Below, piece after piece: positions 49,101 through 56,547 of a stretch of 56,547 bases of DNA (its first letter is position 1; the number at the start of each line of letters is the position of its first letter). The DNA is from Nemertoderma westbladi (lineage: Eukaryota; Animalia; Xenacoelomorpha), in NCBI GenBank assembly GCA_032718475.1, contig JAUCBJ010005009.1, positions 1 through 56,547 of the forward strand. The letters are read 5' to 3'. The notes under the pieces are model-generated. The model saw nothing but the letters and a program-made list of their open reading frames with translations, was not told the origin of the DNA and searched no databases. A program made the translations under genes and the position numbers.

Positions 49101-52100
49101 CTTGCCAATTGTGGATAACATTGTAATGGCCACATATTTATGTTAAGCATCTCAATGTGCAGCTTCAATGCTTCCGGTCGATTATAGATAGATAGACCCA
49201 TTGTTAGTTACCACTTGTACGTACATTCAATATAATCCGTCTTTTCTTCCATTTTATGTCGAAACATTATTGATTTATTCTCAGAATAACTATTTCTTTT
49301 ACAAAAAGAAAGTAACATTTCATTGTCAGACTTTATCATTCTCTTTACTGTAAACTTAAACATTATTAAATATTATTATTCTTCATTATTTTACAAACTC
49401 TAATCATTCAGCCGTCACTACTAGAAATAGCAACTCTTGGGTGTTTATATTAATATTAATTACTATTAATTTTAGTTATGTACAGGATTATTTGCCAATT
49501 AATTTAATCATAAAATATAATTAGAAGACCGTCAGGGCTTCTTGCTGTCAAAAAAACGTCTGTGTGTTATTCTGTATGTATGTTTGTGCACATTGATATT
49601 GGCTTGGAAGGGAAAGAAGTGCTCTACTTCGTGGCCAACTATACAAAGAAATGTATCGATTATTTGGGTTCTTATTTGGGTTATTAATTATTTAAGCGGG
49701 TAAAATTAAGTTCTTGCTGTATAAAAATAGCACAGGTCGATTCGCCGTGTCCCATTCTCACAAAGTTTTTATTATATTCGAGTGTTTAATATAAAGATGT
49801 ATGATTATTTATTGATTGAAAATAAAATAGTGTATAAATATGTAATATTCCCTCACGCAGCCTGAACTTTGCCTATGGTAGCGAATAGGGAAGGATTTTC
49901 TCTGTATCATAGCAACGTTGTATAATTATTTAACTCTGGCTAGCTGGGAAGACAGGTAGCAAGCTGGTCGGAGTGTTGAGTGTGTCTCAGTAAATCCAAT
50001 GGTTGGGGTGGGTTGTCTATTGAGAACTCCGAACTGGTCATGGCATTAATTCTGCTTTCTCCAAGGCTGCATGGAGGGTGGGAGGGGTTTACATATTGAT
50101 TGCGATTGATATTTGATTGGGGATTAGATTATCATTTAGTTTTTCGGTTTTGTTGTCTTATAGACGGTCCTCTTATAGCCAGCTTGATGGCTTTCTAGTA
50201 CAATATACACCCACTGTATAAACATCATTAAATGATTACATTCACATTTACAAAGCCGATGATGACTAAAATTCTTTCTTAGGAATTTCTGCTCTTATAT
50301 ATCTTTCTCTTTGAGTTGACGTGTCTTGCTTTTTTAATGACATACTCCTTTGTCTATAGGGAGAACAACAAAGGTAGTTTTTAGGTTTAATTTAAACGTC
50401 AAGCAATCCATTAATCCATTGATCTTCTTGAATTGGGTCTCAAAGGACCCACATTTACTATCCGATCACATCCCTTGCGATTGTTTTATACAAACTATAA
50501 AGAATCCCTTGGTGGCACTAATAGCATGGAAATAAAATGTCAAAGCTATTATTCTTCCCGGAAATATAATAGACAGCAGATAACTGCCGTTTTTCAGCTG
50601 AATTTCGCGTAGGAGTATATAGTAAATGTTTTGTGTGATTTTAGTAGGAAATAAATATCCTACTGATACGATACCCAGCTGGTATCATTGAGGAGTTTGA
50701 TTGTATATGATTCATTTACAGGTGAAGGTATATTGTAATTCATCACAGGATCCTATGTCCCACTTTTATGACACACGTCACACGTCACACATTTCTACAG
50801 TGTAGATGATAATGTAAAGTGAACTTATTGATTGAATTTGGCTTTAAGTTGAATTTAATAAACCCTTTGCATTAGTGGAATGGTTTTTTAATATAATTAG
50901 ATACAACCAGGAATTTAAAAGTGATAACGATGCAAATATATGTCAATTAAATTATCAATGGAAAATTCTCAATGATGCCAGTTGGGCATTAGTCGGATTC
51001 ATGATTAATGATCCAAATTAACCGAAATTTTTTCTACTTCCCTGCAAAATACAATGCAATATCTGGCGCTTCTTTGTATCCAAAAAATAAAATAGGTTTT
51101 TTTTTGGTAAATATGGAATTTATTTTGATTGAACTTCTTCCAATAATCTTTTTTCATAGTAGAAGTTTGTTAAATATCTAATTAATAAGTTTATTGTTTT
51201 GGTTACATTGTTGCACCAGTTAGAATCTTATATTATTTACATAATAGTTTATTGAAAATGTATAGCACATAGAAATACCACTCAACTTAATACTCATCTT
51301 AAAAGTAAATCAACAACTGAGTTAGACAATATAATTGCAGTAGCTGCCTTGTTAGCTGTGTGCATAAATGCACTATAATAATACACGTTGCATTGTTACA
51401 GACATAGTGTTAGTGGGAAGAATGACAGATATAAAATGTGTTTTAATTGGATATCAATAAGCAGAAAGTCACGAAGCGGAAGTTTAATAAAGATATAGCG
51501 AAGCTGCGACACTTTCTAGCTTTTATTTTTTCTCTGTATTCTATATACCGATATAATTTGTCCGTGAGAAACAACTGTTCCTCGTGTGGAGGAACTCTGG
51601 TGTTATGTTCTCCACAGACTGTCATTTCGTGCTAAATATCAATCTAAGCTCGTATTGTGTAAGTGTAAGAAGTCAGAAACTCAACTGCGGACAGATCGAC
51701 TTACAGAGTCCTTATCCTCCAGCTCCAACAATAACTCTACTTTAACAGCTTCTGGAAGGAAGTTATATCGTAACTATTATAATAAACTAATAGTAAAATA
51801 TCAAATCCAGCTGATCTCGAATCTGTGAATGTTTATCTTAATGAAAACAAATTCGATCTTGGAATGCTTGTTCCCCCGTCCGATGTTGCTCGCTCAGGCC
51901 AATAATAGTCTGAAACCCAATAAGGCTAGTCCGAGCATTATATATATGCCCCGAGTCGTCTCACTATACGTTTTTACCTATTAATTTTATACATTCATAT
52001 TTATTGCCTGTTGTTAAAGACATCAGCGAATCTGCATCTGTTTCGAGTAACTGTACAGGCCTATTAATTGCTCTGTCGAATATTATGTTAAAGACTTTTG

Positions 52101-52213
52101 AGTCTATTATTTTGAGTAGGATTGAATCTCACATAAACTGCGAACTGAAGTTTGTATTTATGCTATTAAAGAAATAACAAATTACTACTTAAAGGATGGA
52201 TCTAATGTATTTA

Positions 52214-54639
52214 CACTATAACCCTTAACCCTATTAGTACCGGGCTATAAAATGTTGTACAAATACCGGGGGGGGGGTCATATTGACCCCCCCCCCCCCC
52301 CCCCCTCTAAAATCTACAAATATTTACGAAAACGTCTGATTTTTTGTTTGTACGTAGCTATCACTTGTCTGGATCCGACCGAAAAAAAAAATTTTCGAAA
52401 ACATGTACTGGGGTGGTTATATTGCAGCACCAAAATTACAAGTAGTGCACAATTTTCACAAAATTTGAAAGTTACATTTTCGGCTAATTATTTTTCAATA
52501 CAGGTTTTCTGTGGTGCAAAATACATTGGAAAATATTTAAAAATGATATGATTACTATAAATGGCTGTTTAGTCCTATCTGCGTAGGAAAAAAATGAAAA
52601 AAACAAGTAACCAGCACATTTCAGTTAGAACACAAAATTTTTAATTCACTTATACGATGCTATAAATTCACATTTTCAGGTTTTCGAGGGCGCTGATTCT
52701 AATAGAATACATTTCTAATATGCCAGATCATTGCTACTTGTATTTTTCGGCGTAATTTGGCAAATTTTGGTGCTAGCACCAAATTTCGTACCCATCACCA
52801 AAAAGTACAAGTTTGCGATGTCCAGTGCTGTTTTTATTGATTCCATCGGATTCAGGACCCTCATAAACCCGTATAACGCAAGAAACAAGGTGATACTATC
52901 TACTTATCAATTTGCATATTTTCCAAAATTTGGTGCTGGCACAACAATTTTCACCCACCGGTGAAAAATACAAGTTTGAGAACTCTTATGAAATTTTCAC
53001 TGATTCCATTGAATTCAGAACCATCACAAACCCGTATAACGCAAGAAACAAGGTGACACAATCAATTGATATATTTGATGGTTTTCAAAATTTGGTGCTA
53101 GCACCACATTTTGCACCCACATCCGAAAAATACAAGTTTGAGATGTCTAGTTCGATAATTATATTTTCCATTGAATTCAGAACAGCCATAAACCTCTAAA
53201 ACGCAAGAAATAAATTGTCACAAGCAATTTTATCTATTGAATGGATTTTCAAAATTTCGTGCTAGCACCAAAATTTGCACACGGCACCGAAAAATACAAG
53301 TTTGATACGCTTGGTGCAACTCGTATATATTTCATCGAATCCAGAACCCCAAAAAACCCCAATTGCGTAAAAAACAAGTTTCAAACAATCAATTTACAAA
53401 ATTGACTTATTTCAAAATTTGGTGCTGGCACCAAAATTTGGCACCCACCGAAAAAAAGAAGTTTGAAATTTCTAAATCAATTTATATGAATTCCATCCAC
53501 TTTCTAACACCAAAAAGCCGGTGTAAATCAAAAATAGAGATGTTACAATTCATATTTAATGAAATGTAATTTTCAAAAAACGTCTCAAAAAAGTGCCAAA
53601 AGTAGGGTTAAAAAATGGTGCTATAACTCGAAAAGTACCCAATATTTTTGAAAACGGTTTTCACTACTACGAAGACAATAGATTTTTAGGAAAAGTCATA
53701 AAATTTCAGATTCCCAACTGCGTTTGTTTCAGAATTATAATAAAAAAACCACGGGGGGGTCATATTGACCCCCCCCCCGGGTTTAATAGGGTTAATACAA
53801 CAACCATTTTTAGGGGGTCGTACCCCCCCCCCTAATTTTTTTCAAATTTCAATAAAATGCTACAAAATTTAGTATGATGATGGAACGACACCTTTTCTTA
53901 CTGGTGGCCTGGCCGGATTTTTCAATTTCTCAGTTAACAAGCCCTTAAAAAATGTCTATTTAGCAAAGTTTAACCACCTCCGTAGATTTTATTTTACGTC
54001 TTTGAAATGTAATCAGATAACATTAGAACCGCCTTCGTCTGTAGATTCCGAATCTGAAAACCGCTTTAAATTTAACCAAAAATTGGTAAAGATATTATCA
54101 AATTACTAATGTATTAATTTAGAGAACGTAAATCGCTATAATTCTGATGTTTTGTTGTCTTTATTCTAGAATATTAATTATTATTTAGCTGAGCGTTTAA
54201 AACTCTCCATCTTGTTTTTTCATTACTCATAATTAATATTCTAGAATTGAGTAAAGAAAACAATAGATTTACATCACAAAATTTACACCTTAGTATTTTG
54301 ATAATATCTCCGGAAGTTCTCGGTGAAATGTACAACGGGTTTCAGATTCGGAATCTGCAGATGAAGGCGGATCTAATGATATCTAGATTTCATTACAAAG
54401 ACGAAAAATAAAGTCTACGGAGGTGGTTAAACATTGCTAAATATACATTTTTTAAGGGCTTGTTGTATGGAAATAACTGAGAAATTGAAAAATCCGGCCA
54501 GGCCACCAGTAAGAAAAGGTGTCGATCTATCATCATACCAAATTTCGTAGTATTTTATTGAAATTTGAAAAAAATTAGAGAGGGGGGGGGGGGGGTCTCC
54601 GGCCCCCAAAAAATGGTTGTTGTATTAAGGGCTATGGTG
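52214..54639. mobile_element. Tc1/mariner-type fold-back MITE (TA TSD), host of piggyBac copy 2
   Basis: TA|CACTATAACCCTTAA ... TTAAGGGCTATGGTG|TA; 53792-54200 is the inverted complement of about 54220-54630. Confidence 0.85.
52229..53791 (+). mobile_element. piggyBac-type non-autonomous transposon, copy 2 (1563 bp)
   Basis: TTAA TSD at 52225-28 and 53792-95; reverse complement of 37253-38817 with scattered substitutions. Confidence 0.9.
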
Positions 54640-55159
54640 TATATCTTTTCTCGATGCCAGTAAGGCATTTGATCCCGTGGAACATTCTGTGCTTTTTTTT
54701 TCTTTTTTTTTATTATAACTTTTAAGAAGTTAATTAATAGGAAAGTTCCTCTTTATATAGTCGTGTGCTTAATTAAGTATTGGTACGATCACCTAGCCAT
54801 GCAAGTTATTTGGGATGGTTCTCTCTCACCCATCTTCGACTGCACGAACGGTGTAAGTTAGGGGAGCGTCCTCGCGCCATACCTCTTTAGTTTGTACATT
54901 GATGATCTTTAGCGTTACTTTATCGAACTCTAATATTGGTGCAAATTTAGGATATACCTGTGTTAATCACAGAATTTATGCTGACGATATCAGCTATTCA
55001 GCATACTTTCAACTTCTCCAGCATTACGTAAATCTCCGACATACCTATTTTACTTAATGACATCCCGTTTGAACGTGTTTCTAAGTGTTTCTGTTACTAA
55101 TTATATTTCGGAGGATTTTTGTGAAGATCTTGATATTAACAATCAAACTAGATGTTTTT

Positions 55160-55385
55160 CGAGCATAGACGCTACGCCGTCAACCAACAGGCAACAACCA
55201 CTGCCGACATTAGCAAATATGAAAATGTAAGCTGAGTTCGTGACCCTCGTTTATTGTTTTGGTCAGGATAACCCTCCAATGTAACTTGTTCCTTTCCCTC
55301 AATTAATAAATAATGTTAATTAGCTTTAATAATGGTTGTCAGCGTTTGTTATTGGTAGTCGCTGGATGACGTAGCGTTTACAGCC
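55160..55385. mobile_element. 226-bp MITE with 8-bp TSD
   Basis: TSD ATGTTTTT (55152-59, 55386-93); imperfect TIR ACGCTACG/CGTAGCGT; interior resembles 320-385. Confidence 0.7.
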
Positions 55386-56547
55386 ATGTTTTTATGCGAG
55401 AGATAATATGCTTATTCGTAATTTTAGCGTTTATTCAGTTATCAGTAAAAATTATTCGTAGTTTTTGTTACAACTTTTATTGTAATACGCTTTGGGCTGA
55501 TAAATATTTTACTAAATACTCTTTGAATCGTTTGCATACATTAATACTGTTAAGCGTCTATTCAACTTTAAATATGACGATAGTACAAGTGGAATGATCA
55601 CTTCATTGTGCTTGAACTCTTTCATTCATAAAAGACGTTTCTCCCTTGCCAGTCTTTTTAATATGATTTTTACCAGCTCAAATATTTTAATATATTCAAT
55701 TTTTAATACGTGTCTCGAGTCTTCAACTATTTATGACACTTTTGTTTCACTAACGTCTAAATTTTGCATTTATATTCATATTATTAAATAATATCAGTTG
55801 TGATTTTGTGCTATAATTACTACTACCATCGGCATGCTGCATTGCAGCTGCATTATATATATATATATTGAATAAGAAACAAGATGGGTACAGTACAACC
55901 TGACTGGCGAAATATATATATAGAAACAATGTGATCCAGTCTCCTATCAAAAATGAAACCTAACTACAAATAAACACTTTAATAACTGCACGAATAACTA
56001 TCCTATATATTAGAAAATACAGGACATTTAGTCCGCCGAAAGGGGTAAGTCTACATACTAAATTTGATAAAAATAAAGGGTTTCAGGATTTAAACACTGT
56101 ACCCGGGGAAACACAGCTCCATCATCAGCAGTGTACTGTGAGTCCCTACCCTATCTAAAAACAGCACAGTACCAATTGACCAATATAATACAGGAAATGA
56201 AACCAAATACTGAAATAGAGAAATAAACAAATCAGACCGGTAGTAAATAGATGAAACCCAAAAACTGATACCACTAAAGGCTAAATAAAATACATGAAAC
56301 CAAAATAAGAATGAACCCAAATGAGAACAGTGACCAAAAAGTGAACTACTATATCTAACCTGCATAACAAATAAATCCATAATGGCTGTATTGCACAGTC
56401 TAATAATAGATATGTTATATAATGGTATGAATACAGCAGTAAATAACAACCCCAAGACCATACAGACACCCTTCCCCCCCCCCCCCCCCCCCCCCAAAAC
56501 ACTGATAGAATAATGATACCCAATAGAAACTCCCAGAACTAGAGTAA

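Larger units (their letters stand above)
52000..55790 (+). mobile_element. Decayed L2-group RT, split by nested DNA-transposon insertions
   Basis: YRPI, (GSNVF|ISFLDASKAFD) across the 52214-54639 insertion, GSVLAPYLF, YADD, (TRCF|YARDNMLIRNF) across the 55160-55385 insertion. Confidence 0.8.

Noticed and set aside
49530-49705. Hydrophobic stretch (LCVILYVCLCTLILAW...) as the missing TM6 exon
   Set aside because: No CWxP or NPxxY motif and no phase-compatible acceptor; looks like TG-rich repeat sequence.
56090-56523. Hydrophobic minus-strand ORFs
   Set aside because: Wrong strand for the GPCR, start in a poly-G tract, T-rich composition bias, no motif.

Overview
AT-rich animal (invertebrate-type) genomic DNA; I cannot identify the species from sequence alone. 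The backbone is one + strand, multi-exon class A aminergic GPCR of the alpha-2 adrenergic / Octalpha2R type. Five exons with clean GT-AG junctions and matching phases can be joined (607-791, 12833-12997, 34303-34702, 42590-42769, 47936-48099). They give 364 codons from the start Met through TM5 and ICL3 to the RERR just before TM6; I found no TM6-TM7 exon, so it probably lies downstream. The introns (5-21 kb) hold decayed mobile elements: CR1, L2-group, RTE, RTEX- and CRE-like LINE pieces, several tRNA SINEs, two solo LTRs, a BEL/Pao integrase, P-element and Harbinger transposase remnants, piggyBac-, Tc1- and HINE-type non-autonomous elements, a Penelope remnant with a hammerhead motif, and six minisatellites that explain most long ORFs in the track. 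The most unusual object is a two-copy element in which a tRNA cloverleaf plus T-tract is enclosed by long inverted arms, with a 13-bp TSD on one copy (26485-26737 and 46585-46857). Also notable are an inverted pair of 1.56-kb MITEs bracketing GPCR exons 4-5, a three-level transposon nest, and an 88-bp palindrome-rich iterated repeat. All family assignments are by eye from motifs; no searches were run.
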